Shown: one piece after another, positions 12,880 through 25,986 of the stretch
How positions within the stretch are numbered: position 1 is the stretch's first letter
Layout: every line of letters begins with the position of its first letter
The notes under the pieces: model-generated
The model's database searches: none
Told to the model about the DNA's origin: nothing
The model's input: the letters and a program-made list of their open reading frames with translations, nothing else
Translations under genes and position numbers: made by a program
Assembly (NCBI RefSeq): GCF_001194135.2
Contig: NC_068987.1
Coordinates: 94,205,929-94,263,493 of the forward strand
Length of the DNA: 57,565 nucleotides
Source: Octopus bimaculoides
Lineage: Eukaryota
Reading direction: 5' to 3'

Positions 12880-13085
12880 ATTGCGGACACAATGCCGGCA
12901 ATTTCGGGAGGAGATAAGTTGATTACATCAACCCCAGTGTCCAACTGGTACTTACTTTATCGGACCGCAAAAGATGAAAGGCAAAGTCGTCCTCGGTGGA
13001 ATTTGAACTCGGAATGTAAAGACGAATGGAATGCTTGGTAAGCATTTTGTCCGGCCGCCTAATTCTGCCAACTCATTGCCTTATG
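12880..13085 (-). mobile_element. tRNA-derived SINE
   Basis: Reverse complement contains a B-box-like GAGTTCAAATTCC followed by the GACTTTGCCTTTCATC..GATAAAGTAAGTACCAG central domain. Confidence 0.75.
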
Positions 13086-13099
13086 TTTGTGCGATTCAT

Positions 13100-13240
13100 T
13101 GGTTTCAAGTTTTGGTACGAGGCCAGCAACATCGGTGGAGGGCGTAAGTCAATTATATCGACCTCAGCACACGACTGGTACTTATTTTATCGACCTCGAA
13201 AGGATGAAAGCCAACGTCGATCACGTCGAGATGTGAATGT
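13100..13240 (-). mobile_element. SINE 3' half, same family as 12880-13085
   Basis: Contains actggtacttattttatcgacc..aaaggatgaaag, closely matching the adjacent copy. Confidence 0.65.
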
Positions 13241-13599
13241 CTGTCTAATAAATTTTACGACTAATAAACCAGAGGTAAATAGTTCGAAACTACCCTTCAT
13301 CCTTTGTCTCCTTGATACGTTCATCTTCTTTCCGTCCTTTACCCTCTTCACATTTACATTTTTCTCCCTTCTCTCTCACTCTTCTTCTTCTCCTTTTCCC
13401 CTTCTTCTTGCTCTTCTTCTTCATTAGTCGTAGCTGTTGTTTGTGTTGTTGTTGTTGTTGTTGTCATTTTATTGGTTTGGCTGATGAACATTAATCAGGG
13501 TCTCGTTGGAGGTTAATTTTGAAGAGGGGACATAAAACGAGGGAAAACAGGGATAACGAGAGAGAGAGAGGGAGGAAGAGAAGTTAGTGAGAGAGAGGG

Positions 13600-13638
<39 letters not shown>

Positions 13639-13649
13639 NNNNNNNNNNG

Positions 13650-13680
<31 letters not shown>

Positions 13681-14142
13681 GAGAGAGAGAGAGACAATAA
13701 CAATTGTAGCGGGGGAGATGAGGGTATAATGATAATAAAATGGAATAAGTTTGTGGAAGAGCAGCAGTATAATGTGACGGGTGAAAGGAAAATGTGATGG
13801 AAAGAAAAATAGCAGAAAAGTAAAAGAAATATAAATAAATAAAATAAAGAAGGAAGAATGAAACCATCCACGACGGCGTTCCTTGACACAGCAGAGTAAT
13901 TGTATGTCATAGATGTCACGTGGTGGGTGAGGTGCCAGTCTCGGTGGAGATAGCAAAACTGCGGACTAAATACTAAATTCACTTTGCATAACGATTATAG
14001 CAGTCAATGATGAACCTTATATAAATCATGAAGGTTGTGGACAGTGTAGGAGTTTTGCACCATTGTATTCCTTCATTTCTTATTTATGATTCGGGGACCA
14101 ACTTTAGGATTATGAAGGGGGAAATCAATGTTAATGTTAGTA

Positions 14143-14255
14143 CAAGATGGCGGTGAGCTGGTAGAATCGTTGGCACGTCGGGCAAAAATGCCTACCGTTA
14201 GTTCGTCCGTCTCTACGTTCTGAGTTCAAATTCCACCGAGGTCGACTTTTGTCAT
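14143..14255 (+). mobile_element. tRNA-derived SINE head (3'-truncated)
   Basis: GGTGAGCTGGTAGAATCGTTGG (A-box-like) ... GAGTTCAAATTCCACCGAGGTCGACTTT (B box and start of the central domain). Confidence 0.7.
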
Positions 14256-14441
14256 AGAGAGATGCAGTACCACGTACCACCCTTGTCATACAGACACCAC
14301 ATGCATATGTATGTATATGTGTATGTGTGTGTGTGTGTGTGTGTGCGTGCGTGTGTGTGTGTATACTCATACTTATGCACAAAATCTTTGTATGTATATA
14401 TGTATTAGTGTATGTGCGTTTGTGTATAAATATATATAACG

Positions 14442-15578
14442 TCATCGTTTAACGTCCACTTTCCATGCTGGCATAGGTTGGACAGTTTGACTGAGGACTG
14501 GCGAGCCAGATGGCCACACCAGGCTCCAATTTGATCTAGCAGAGTTTCTACAGCAGGATGCCCTTCCTAACGCCAACCACTCCGAGAGTGTAGTGGGTGC
14601 TTTTACGTGTCACCGGCACGAGGGCCCGTCAGGCGGTAATGGCAACGCCCACGCTCAAATGGTGTTTTTTATGTGCCACCTACACAGGAGCCAGTGCAGC
14701 AGCACTGGCAACGACCTCGCTCGAATGTTGTTTTTCACGTGCCACCGGCACAAGTGCCAGTAAGGTGACGCTGGTAACGATCATGCTCGAATGGTGCTTT
14801 TTATGTGCCACCGGCACGGGAGCCAGTCAGCGGCGCTGGCAAAGATCACGCTCGGATGGTGCTTGTAACGTTCCACTGGCACGGGTGCCAGTGATGCGGT
14901 GCTGTCATCGGCCACATCAGTGAATTTGATTTTGATTGTGATTTCACTTGCCTCAACAGGTCTTCGCAAGCAAAGTTTAGTGTCCAATGAAAGAAAGGTA
15001 CGCATAAGTTGGCTGGTTACACCACTGGCATAGGCCAATGGTTATGGTCTCACTTGTCTTGTCGGGACTTCTCAAGCACAGCATATTTCCAAAGATCTCG
15101 GTCATTAGTCATTGCCTCGGTGAAGCCCAATGTTCGAAGGTCGTGCTTCACCACCTCATCCCAGGTCTTCCTGGGTATATCTCTTCCACAGATGCCTTCA
15201 ACTGCTAGGGTGTGACACTTTTTCACACAACTATCCTCATTCGTTCGCATCACATGACCATACCAGTGCAGTCGTCTCTCTTGCACACCACATCTGATAC
15301 TTCTTATGTCCAGATTTTCACTCAAGGCGCTTACACTCTGTCGTGTATACACACTGACATTACACATCCATCGGAGCATACTGGCTTCATTCCTTGCGAG
15401 CTTACGCATGCCCTCAGCAGTCACGGCCCATGTTTCACTACCATGTAGCATAGCTGTTCATACATATGCATTATACAGTCAACCTTTTACTCTGAGCGAG
15501 AGACCCTTTGTCACCAGCAGAGGTCGCAGCTTTCTGAACTTTGCTCAGGTTATTCTTATTCTAGCAGCTACCCACGCG
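14442..15578 (-). mobile_element. 5'-truncated RTE-clade LINE (RT C-terminus and 3' UTR)
   Basis: VAARIRIT*AKFRKLRPLLVTKGLSLRVKG*LYNAYV*TAMLHGSETW..RNEASMLRWMC..RRLHWYGHVMR..RKTWDEVV..DRDLWK is typical of the RTE ORF C-terminus. The 3' UTR carries GGATGCCCTTCCTAACGCCAACC (plus strand). Several in-frame stops. Confidence 0.88.
14605..14915. repeat. 66-bp tandem array (about 4.7 diverged units) inside the RTE 3' UTR
   Basis: Units start at 14605, 14671, 14737, 14803 and 14868 with consensus aYgtgccaccggcac..gccagt..ctggcaacga..cgctcgaatggtgYtttt. Confidence 0.85.
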
Positions 15579-15985
15579 ACTGCCATTACTGAATCTGGTT
15601 CTTATTTTACAATTGTCCAAGCAATTGCTGTGTCACAGATTACTCTTATGATTGTCAAAGAGTTTCTTTATTACCAACTTTATCTTCTGTCAGGAATTTT
15701 GTATCGTCATATTTTTATCGTGGAAATTCTTGGTGATAAGATATTGGTAAATTCTTTTAGAGCAGCATAATCGGTTTTTCTCTGGATTTTGTTGGTCTCA
15801 ATTCCCATTCTGGTACAAATGAAATGTTGATGTTGACGATGATGTTGATGATTATACTTGTATACAATATTGAATGGTCACGAGTGGAACGTCTTTGATT
15901 ATAGGTCTCTCTGATTACGGATGATTTTGGCTTTATAAATACACACGCTCTCTCTCTCTCACACATACACACACACGTGCGCATG

Positions 15986-16028
<43 letters not shown>

Positions 16029-17205
16029 TTTATCAGTTCGATATAGAAATACGTAAGCGTTTTATTATTCCGAAAGAGTATTGAATATTGGTTTGTAATG
16101 GTTGTTTAATTAGAAAATAAAGCGGAAGATTATCAGAATTGTTAAAATGTTGACCGAATATGGCTGGCGATATTTGTCCTGCTGGACAAAATACTTGGTG
16201 GTATCTATTTCGGCGCTTTACGTTCGCAAAGTAAGCGAACTTGTTGGTATCGAACCGAAAGATGGTATCTTGTTACCAAAATACTCAAGTGATGGCAGCT
16301 AGCATCCATTTTTTGTATTTTTCCACGAAAATTCCATGACAATCACTCAGTGATTGTGAAGGCAGTTACCAAACGTCTTTGATAGAAAAACATTGAAATG
16401 AGAAAGTCCAGCTTTAACAATTGAAACATCGCTGTTGGTATTAAACCAGGGACAGCTTCAGTGAGAAAAACAAACTTCTTAACTGTTCAACCATAGCTAT
16501 GTCGCATATTGCACCACGACTATATTCTATGAGTTATACTATCTTTTTTTAAAATAGCCATCACTCATACCATCGTAATTTCAACCACTATCCTCACTAC
16601 CAAAATGAATTACCATCACCATTGATCCCAATGAGTACTACAGCTACAACTACAACCACTCTCAACACCATCACCACCAGCACTATAACCAATACCATTC
16701 CCCCAGCAACACCTCAACTGATATTACTTTTTCCAAAACACTACAGCCTACACCATAATCTACACTACCACTAAAACCAACACCATTATCCACAACTAGT
16801 CAATACAAACCAATAATGTCACCACCAAATCACTAAAACTAATCCCGACACTACCGCCGGCGCCACCACCACCACCACCACCACCACCAAAACCACCACC
16901 ACCACCACCACCACCCTCCATGGTTACATTCCTTACAGAATACAGATTAGCAGTGTTTCTGGATTACCTCTTATCCACTCCTCTCTNNNNNNNNNNNNNN
17001 NNNNNNNNNNNNNNNNNCCTCCCACCCACCTTGTATCACTCCCCCACCCTTCTCAATACCCTCTTCACCGCGTGTTCCCCCTCCCCACCATTTCTCACCG
17101 ATCTTCTAATTTGTCAGAAACATTTACTGACTGTTGGCATATTGACGGAACAATTAATTAGTCTTTAAACTGGAAACTGGTATTGGCGAGTAGTAGTAGT
17201 AGTAA

Positions 17206-17273
<68 letters not shown>

Positions 17274-17959
17274 AAGTGTGATAGTTGAGGTAGCAGTGAT
17301 AGTAGTGGCAATTGAAATGGGGTTTGTAGTAGTGATGATGGTGGCTGTAGTGATAGTAGTGACAGTGGGTGGTAGTAGAACTGTTCATATTATTATTAGA
17401 AGCATTGGTGGTGGTGGTGGTGGTGGTGGTGATGGTGGTGGTGGTGGTGGTGGTAGTAGTAGTAATATTAGCAGTGGTGGTGGTAGCTACAATGACTGTA
17501 CTCTGGGAATGTGGTTGGGAGCTGGAAGTGTTTCTGGGAGACACTAAACGCTGAAGTGGACAGTCATTGGGTCGCTGGCTCTTATCATTTGTGTATAAAG
17601 GAAGCAATGGCATCAGATAAGACTGGTATGTCTGTTTGGGTGGGAGGAGGGGGGTTGGAGCAGAGATTAAGGAGAGTCTATCTACTAATTTGTATATGTT
17701 AGGAGGCGGTGGTGTGGGGGCGAGGCAGGGGTGTAGAAGATGAAGTAGGAAGTATGTGTTCTGCAAGCAAATGTTTATGTGTATGTTTGGCAGTATATGC
17801 GTATTAATTGGTATCTTAACATTTTGGTTTTGTGTTTAAGTAGCGACAGCAGCGGTGGCGGCGGTGGCGGTGATGATGGCGGTTGTGATGGTGGTGGTAA
17901 TGATGGTGATGATGATGATGAGGAGGAGGAGGAGGATGATGGGGATGATGGTAGTATAG

Positions 17960-18110
17960 TTTAGCCTGACGTCAGTCCTAATCAAATAGAATTATCTTCA
18001 AACAAAAGTCGAGGCGCAAAAATTTCCTTTTTCCTTTTCAATCTACATCAGTAGGACAAGATTTGCAGGAGATTTGGCTGCTATTTCTTGCGGATCGAGT
18101 CATTACGTAT
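17960..18110 (-). repeat. Dispersed GAAATAGCAGCCAAAT-family repeat
   Basis: ggagatttggctgctatttcttgc is the reverse complement of the family core. Confidence 0.55.
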
Positions 18111-18190
18111 TAGTAACCGTGGTTATATGGAGTTTTCTAATTCTTAGAATGCCATTTAGGGAAGTATGGTACGTGTAAAAGAACTTAGCC

Positions 18191-18228
<38 letters not shown>

Positions 18229-18237
18229 AACGCATGG

Positions 18238-18273
<36 letters not shown>

Positions 18274-18322
18274 TTTGACCGTATATGGTCTATTTCTAGC
18301 ATAACATATGTATGTTATATAT

Positions 18323-18719
18323 ATAGGTAGTGAAATAAATTCGTAATGATTTATAAGTTCATAAGTTTATAAGTCATAAGCATATATACAGAAAGAAATT
18401 GCAGACAGTATTTGATAGGAGAAAGTGTGTATTGCTTAGTCAAAAGTTCATCAGAAATAATAATTGTTTGTAAGAATTTTAGAGGAATGACCAACCTTTT
18501 TTCTTCATCTCAAGACTGGAGATAAAGAAAAAAGGTTGGTCATTCCCCTAAAATTCTGTATAAATACTTAAAAATATGATTTAAGACGAAGCTTAGACTA
18601 AGCAATACACACTTTCTCCTATCAAATACCGTCTACAAATTCTTTCTGTATATATGCTTATGAACAATCATGATTTTTGATGAACTTATAAATAATTATG
18701 AATTTATTTCACTTCCTAT
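18323..18719. repeat. About 400-bp foldback palindrome (MITE-like)
   Basis: The left arm cataagcatatatacagaaagaaattgcagacagtatttgataggagaaagtgtgtattgcttagtc pairs with about 18596-18662 with 3 mismatches. Inner arms 18473-18511 and 18519-18557 pair around a ~7-nt loop. Outer arms extend to atagg (18323) and cctat (18719). The left end abuts (TA)n. Confidence 0.9.
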
Positions 18720-18978
18720 TTTGAACACTTTTATGTAAACTGTTTAAACAAAAAGCCTCTTTTAACATTTTCTTATCATTGTCAAAGATTCTATTTCTTA
18801 ACATTTTCTCATCATAGTCAAAGACTATATAACTGTATTTTAATACATCTATGGTAACCATTATTTTAACACAACAAAGGCTACTTTTGAAAGTTTTAAA
18901 AAAAAAGTGAAACCGGCCAAGTCAATAAACATCTTTAAAAGACCGCTGCATTTTCAAATCTTCTTCCCTATCTATCTA

Positions 18979-19020
<42 letters not shown>

Positions 19021-19024
<4 letters not shown>

Positions 19025-19070
19025 GTAATTCCTCGACTATCGAGGGTGTTAGATTCCAAAACCTAACACC
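19021..19070 (+). mobile_element. Possible pogo/Tigger-like terminal inverted repeat (single end)
   Basis: CAGTAATTCCTCGACTATCGAGGGTGTT follows a (TA)n tract and resembles Tigger-type ends from memory. No partner end found. Confidence 0.35.
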
Positions 19071-19420
19071 CGCGAAGAAGACATAGTAGTGCTCAAACGG
19101 ATTTGAACATAAGCTCGAAATTCTTCGTCCAGAGCAAGGCCGGCGCCGTTTAGAATGGCTAGAAGAGTAATCCGAATCGAACAGATATGAAGTGGAAACG
19201 GAAATAAAAAGAGATCGGCTGGATATGAAAATGATTTCCATGGATCACACTTTAATACAGAATAAATGCGTGGAAGAAAATAGGAAGAAAATATGTAATT
19301 CGTTAACTCGACAGCTGTTTCAGGAATTCCAGAGTTGCTCAATAACTATAATAGTAATCATAATTAGCGGATGAAATGTGCAAAATGTCATGGGTGTGTG
19401 ACCGGTAAACAGTCGCTTGG

Positions 19421-19520
19421 AGATATTACAATAAGGTGGCAGTGATGGTGGAGAGATAGTGTTTATCATGCGAGACTGAAACATTTTGTAACCAGCACCA
19501 TCAAACATAATGTCATAACG
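19421..19520 (+). repeat. Unclassified dispersed repeat, copy 2 (copy 1 at 10115-10220)
   Basis: Direct sequence match to 10115-10220. Confidence 0.8.
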
Positions 19521-21577
19521 AAATGACATATGATTGGTTACCGGTTACTTGCATTTTTAAGAAGTCGCATGAAATATCGTATTTAAGATGGCAGGTTAAG
19601 TAATTGCGTAAGGCTCAAGCGTTGAATCAGAGAACTGGATGGCTGGTCGTGCATTTTACCTTGTCCACGAAAGAGCATAATAATGTTGGTGCCAGACATG
19701 GCATCTAAAACCAGATCGTTGTTGTGGTTTGTTTGCAACCACTTCTGATTATGTTGTCGGTTTCTATTCTGTATGGCTTAAGAGACTGGAACAGCCACGA
19801 GTTTGTCCTTGTTTGCGGGTTAAGCTTCCTCCAGAAATACTAAATAAAAGCGATGCCTCAGTTGTAGATTTTGGTCGCTTTCTTCGGTTGATTGAAACAG
19901 AATGGACAAGAATAATCAGTTTTACCCCCTTCTTCGAAATTTCTGGTCTTGTGCCTATAATAGAAAGGATCATTTAACTACAGATCAACTTTGAGCTGTC
20001 AAATCTTTTACCAAAGGATTTTTGAAGCCAAAACCATCCTGTCCTTTTTTTTTTTTTTTTCAAGTGTAGTGTCCCCAAATACTAATTTATTCTACATATA
20101 ACCATTTCCTAACGTTTAAAGATAACAAAGAGGGGGGTTGGCTATTATTTCAAGCTGATTCTTTTCCCCGTTGTTGTTGAACTTGTGTTGTTGTATAATA
20201 CTTCAGTTCGAGTAAATGTATGTCACGTGGGTAGGTTGTGAGTCAAACTACAAGATTCCAGCAACAAAACTAATTGCTCCAGATGGCCACTTCTTCGTTG
20301 TGTATATTTGGGGAGTAGAATGGAAATCCTGGAATTTTCCATTGTCAATTGACATTTTTATGGTATTTCTGTTCTGGCTGTAGACATGGAGTTATACAGG
20401 CGCGATGGTGATGGTTGGGTGTGAGACAGCTGGTAGTTCGTTGCACTAATCATTGATGTTATTTAAACCACTGACGCCTCTCTTCCATCTTTGCTAAACT
20501 CTTTTCAACCAACTTACATATTCCAGCTTAATATCTTACACCGCTTTTCTTTTCTTGTAATGCTGTACATCCGTAAGGAGGAAAACTAACACGGAGACAT
20601 TGTATGTATTTATTATCTCTAACTACAGATGCTTTATATACATATTGCTTTTCTTCATTCTTTGTACATCTCACCTTTCCAACATAGATTATCCATCCGT
20701 CAGAAATGTATCGCTCATCACATACTTAAGAAGCAGTAACCAAATTAAGCTGAGGAAGATTTGTTCAAGACATCTATCGGAATCAACGCATATTTACATT
20801 GCCATTTATATATCTCTCTACATATGCAGATGCGAATATCTGCATATCACAATATTTGCATATCTATGCAACCATCCAAGCATTTACTAAGAAAGCGTTA
20901 GTCATATCATTGAATTATTTGAAACATTGAAAGCATATGCATTCTGATATGCACCAATGTATCCTGCATACATACATATATTTACGAACACACGCGCGCG
21001 CAAACACACAGACACACATACATAAAAAGTGTGTATGCACGTACAAATATGTCTACGCTTGTATGTGGAGACTGTATGAATACAGAGATAGTCACACACA
21101 TACAGGTACGTATACGTATATATATANNNNNNNNNNNNNNNNNNNNNNNNNNNNNNNNNNNNNNNNNNNNNNNNNNNNNNNNNNNNNNNNNNNNNNNNNN
21201 NNNNNNNNNNNNNNNNNNNNNNNNNNNNNNNNNNNNNNNNNNNNNNNNNNNNNNNNNNNNNNNNNNNNNNNNNNNNNNNNNNNNNNNNNNNNNNNNNNNN
21301 NNNNNNNNNNNNNNNNNNNNNNNNNNNNNNNNNNNNNNNNNNNNNNNNNNNNNNNNNNNNNNNNNNNNNNNNNNNNNNNNNNNNNNNNNNNNNNNNNNNN
21401 NNNNNNNNNNNNNNNNNNNNNNNNNNNNNNNNNNNNNNNNNNNNNNNNNNNNNNNNNNNNNNNNNNNNNNNNNNNNNNNNNNNNNNNNNNNNNNNNNNNN
21501 NNNNNNNNNNNNNNNNNNNNNNNNNNNNNNNNNNNNNNNNNNNNNNNNNNNNNNNNNNNNNNNNNNNNNNNNNNNNN

Positions 21578-21632
<55 letters not shown>

Positions 21633-21921
21633 TGCATAACGGGACTGTAATCTATATGTTTGTGCATATAAATATATGTAAAATATATATATATATATCT
21701 TTATGTGTGTATGTACGTAAGCATAAACATATATATATATGTATATGTGTGTATATATACGTGCTTATATTTTTTGTATATGTATGGAAATAAATATAGG
21801 TCTATATATTATATAAAAGTATGTGCGTGTGCGTATGTATGTGTAGGAAAATATTAACAAGACTGATATAACTTTCTAATTTCCGGACAAGTTTAGAATC
21901 AACAGAGATATTACATGCAAC

Positions 21922-22197
21922 TCATGAAATTGTGTACAAAAGAGGAGAAAATGAAAGACTGTGTCTAAAATAGCTTCCCTTAAATTCTGCATATTTTTGA
22001 GACGTTTTCCTTGTCTTATTTAAAGCTATAACTTCTGTAGGTAGATGTCGAGAAGAACAGGGATGTAGATACTGAGGAATGCGTCCTGGGAAGGAAGAAT
22101 TCATAGAAGAGTTTAGTGCAGTGTTTGAAGAAGTGACGCTAGGAGTAGGAGCAGAAGTGAATGGTGGAGTTGCCGAGAGGTGGAGCACATTTAATCC
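21922..22197 (-). CDS. Candidate terminal coding exon of an unidentified gene (S/T/P-rich)
   Basis: A pyrimidine-rich tract ending ttgtag precedes a 91-codon open frame (G)LNVLHLSATPPFTSAPTPSVTSSNTALNSS..RHSLSFSPLLYTIS*. There is no upstream ATG in frame and I recognise no homology. Confidence 0.28.
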   Translation of the reverse strand, partial: GLNVLHLSATPPFTSAPTPSVTSSNTALNSSMNSSFPGRIPQYLHPCSSRHLPTEVIALNKTRKTSQKYAEFKGSYFRHSLSFSPLLYTIS

Positions 22198-25100
22198 TAC
22201 AACGATATTGAATATATCGTAATAAGAATAAGAGAAATAGAGAAAATAAACAGATTGTATTTAGTTGAGAGGTAGGAATGTGTTGATGTGTAGGTCTTTG
22301 AGAATAAATTGGAGAACTTTGGTGGCGACGAGGTTTGGGTTATTTATTGTTTAGCAACAGAACTGTTGCTGATCCCTGAACAATGCTGTATTGTGTGTTT
22401 ATTTGTGATTAAAAGAGGGGGTGGGGGCTAACTGCTGAGATGTTGTTCGGAATATGACGCCTCGACTGTCTATGATATCACATTAACAGTCGTGGTGATG
22501 TCATCATAAGTAAAAAAACAAAATATCACAGATTGAAGAACGTAACATTAACTCAGCAGCCTTTTACACTCATCATAATAAATGACAGATTCTTCAGCGA
22601 AACATCTTTTCATTTGGAGGCGAAGCTGGAAATCTAAACAAACAATATTTATTTAAAAGTTGCGACAGAAACATATCATTTAATATTTCTACTGCTGTTC
22701 CATGTTTCTGTTTTTCAGACAAGATTTCTTCATTCTATAATTGCTTTAAAGGGAGAATTGAGATGACTATAAATAGAGAAAGGAAACTGAAATAGTTTGA
22801 CCAAATGAGATTAGCCAAACAATTTGTCATAAAAGAACTAATTTTAAGAAAATTCAGAATCTAAAATACCAGCAAGCGAGATAACTTCAATCAAATAAGA
22901 ATGACTGGAAAGGATCGGGTCTTTTATCGTCAACTGGTAAAAGCAAGAACCGTATTTTGGCTATATTCGACTTCTTCAGCAAAGTGTCTTTTATTTCAAT
23001 TATCAACATTAAAGGAAATCAATCAGCATATCCAAGAATTTACTAACAAATGTACTGAGCTTGATTTTATGAAACAAATATAAAGTGGTATATTCCGGTA
23101 GTGATAATACATGATACATGATAAAGCATCACGCTAAATGTATACCAAGAAGTTTAGTTAGTTTCTGAAATATTTTATGATATAATATGAATGTCTATAT
23201 TATGGATATAAAATGTTGTAAAGGACACTCTTTTCATATTGACATTATTGCTTTTATTGAGGAGATATCGATATTATTGACGAGTTGTCTTTCTTTGATT
23301 AGTTACAAAAGGAAGATTGTATACAGAATGTGAAATATGACTAAAGGAGTGGAGAGGACTTTTACAGGGTTTTGTGCGATTAGGAGAGTTAGTGATTTAA
23401 AACACATACAAAACTATACATAGTGACATTACTCCTGTTGAATAATTAAACATTGATCAATTCGGTTCTTTTGAAAAAAGTTAAAATAATAGAGCTGAAA
23501 ATATCGACGTTTATATTTACGTATAACGACACCAGGAGAGACAATGTCCTTCATAAATATTTGAGTGTTGAGCCATCCTCTCTGTGATTTAAGTAGTACT
23601 TACGAAAGTGACGACATTGAGTAAAGTTCTCTGATCTAGCGTCTATAAATTTATTAAAGCGTTTTAGTTTTATGTTCTTCCAAGCCGTGCATATTTCTGT
23701 ATGGTTCACATCTGTCAAGGTTATTCCGCGTGAGGCTTAAATCCCCACAATGTTCTTTCAAATTCAATTTAACAGAATAACGTTTTCTATTCTTCTTTTC
23801 TCTATTTCTGAAAGAAATTTGGTTGAAAATACCGTTATTTAAATTTACCTTCCTACATTAGCAACATAGTGTTTACATTACAACAGAAATGCTTATTTTT
23901 TCGTATTTTTATTCTTTTCTTCTTTTTATGGAGGTGACTTTTGCCTCATATTATCACTTCGTTGGATGTCAAATCAAGAAAATTTCCATACGTGCTATCG
24001 AACTTAGTTAATTTAATACGTTTACACATCAAGTCTTTTCGTATTGTCAGGACAACTATAACTCAGTTTAATATTGTTCCTATCGAATAGCTTTGTTTAA
24101 ATGGGTTGTACATAAATACTTATTAAGGCAAAGTAATGCTAAAGTAAAAAGAAGGCATGAACTAAATATTATTGTGACGGCTCTTATCCGTTTTAGACAG
24201 CGGAGTGGGGGAGGGTCTATAAAGTCTTATAATTGAATCCAGCAGCTTTTAAGTGCTTTATTGTAGCACGTGACTGCATTATCGATGATTTCTTAAAGGG
24301 GTTACAGGTAGGAGTCATATCTGTTGGTATATATGAGGTGTATTTATCTACAACAGATTTAAACGAAGCTATTCAATAGAAACAATCTTAAACTGATAGG
24401 CACAATTATCTTACTGGTGGACATAATTACATTACGGAAATCTTCAGCCAAATTCATTAACGTTTGAAGAATTGAGATCTGATGTACCTTGGAGAACCTC
24501 CACATATTACAGCTTAACTAGCTTATATCAGCTTCAAGTTGTCTATAATTGCCTTGGAAAGGAATGACCCCGCCTTGGCAATTTTTACGAAGTTACTACC
24601 ATTAGAATAAAGATGTGTGACATTCCTCCTGTGTTGTGTGCATTTACAGTTCGTTGGACTGATACTTTTCGGACTGTTTGGATAGGTCACTTTTCTCATT
24701 TATTTCAAAACTAAATTTCCTTCATTCATGCAAATCATCTTCTTTTAGTTCTGCTTACACCAGAACCGGGTGCTATAATGCTGAAGTTGTTATCCTCATT
24801 GTTGTTGATGCTGTTGCTGTTGTTGTTTAGACCCACTTTAGTTCTGATCAAAGAAACTTATAGGGGGCGAGGATGGCGCGGCAGCGATGCAATATATATG
24901 TATATATATANNNNNNNNNNNNNNNNNNNNNNNNNNNNNNNNNNNNNNNNNNNNNNNNNNNNNNNNNNNNNNNNNNNNNNNNNNNNNNNNNNNNNNNNNN
25001 NNNNNNNNNNNNNNNNNNNNNNNNNNNNNNNNNNNNNNNNNNNNNNNNNNNNNNNNNNNNNNNNNNNNNNNNNNNNNNNNNNNNNNNNNNNNNNNNNNNN

Positions 25101-25648
25101 NNNNNNNNNNNNNNNNNNNNNNNNNNNNNNNNNNNNNNNNNNNNNNNNNNNNNNNNNNNNNNNNNNNNNNNNNNNNNNNNNNNNNNNNNNNNNNNNNNNN
25201 NNNNNNNNNNNNNNNNNNNNNNNNNNNNNNNNNNNNNNNNNNNNNNNNNNNNNNNNNNNNNNNNNNNNNNNNNNNNNNNNNNNNNNNNNNNNNNNNNNNN
25301 NNNNNNNNNNNNNNNNNNNNNNNNNNNNNNNNNNNNNNNNNNNNNNNNNNNNNNNNNNNNNNNNNNNNNNNNNNNNNNNNNNNNNNNNNNNNNNNNNNNN
25401 NNNNNNNNNNNNNNNNNNNNNNNNNNNNNNNNNNNNNNNNNNNNNNNNNNNNNNNNNNNNNNNNNNNNNNNNNNNNNNNNNNNNNNNNNNNNNNNNNNNN
25501 NNNNNNNNNNNNNNNNNNNNNNNNNNNNNNNNNNNNNNNNNNNNNNNNNNNNNNNNNNNNNNNNNNNNNNNNNNNNNNNNNNNNNNNNNNNNNNNNNNNN
25601 NNNNNNNNNATAAAGAAAGTGTAGTGGCTAGCCTTCTATATGTCTCTT

Positions 25649-25712
<64 letters not shown>

Positions 25713-25726
25713 CATATATATATATA

Positions 25727-25761
<35 letters not shown>

Positions 25762-25764
<3 letters not shown>

Positions 25765-25932
25765 CGACAGATTTATATTTAGTTTCCGTCTATCTGTCCA
25801 CCAAATCTACTCAAAAAGCTTTGGTCAGCTTAAGGCTGTAATAGAAGTGACTTGCCGAAGACCGCTGAGAGGGACTGAACCATAAACCATGTGACTGGAA
25901 AACAGACTCCTTAGCATTCAGCCACGGCTGCA
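25762..25932 (-). mobile_element. tRNA-derived CORE-type SINE, 5' part
   Basis: Reverse complement aligns with 35341-35480 (GGTTCAGTCCC..GGCAAGT..CTATTACAGCC..GACCAAAGC..GTAGA..GGAAACT). Confidence 0.75.
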
Positions 25933-25944
25933 TCTATTACTTTA

Positions 25945-25986
<42 letters not shown>

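Noticed and set aside
14605-14915. Regularly spaced repeats superficially like a CRISPR array
   Set aside because: Whole 66-bp units are homologous with no unique spacers, they lie in a LINE 3' UTR, and the context is eukaryotic with no cas genes.
18762-18835. 36-bp tandem duplication next to the palindrome
   Set aside because: Two diverged AT-rich units; an ordinary local slippage or duplication.
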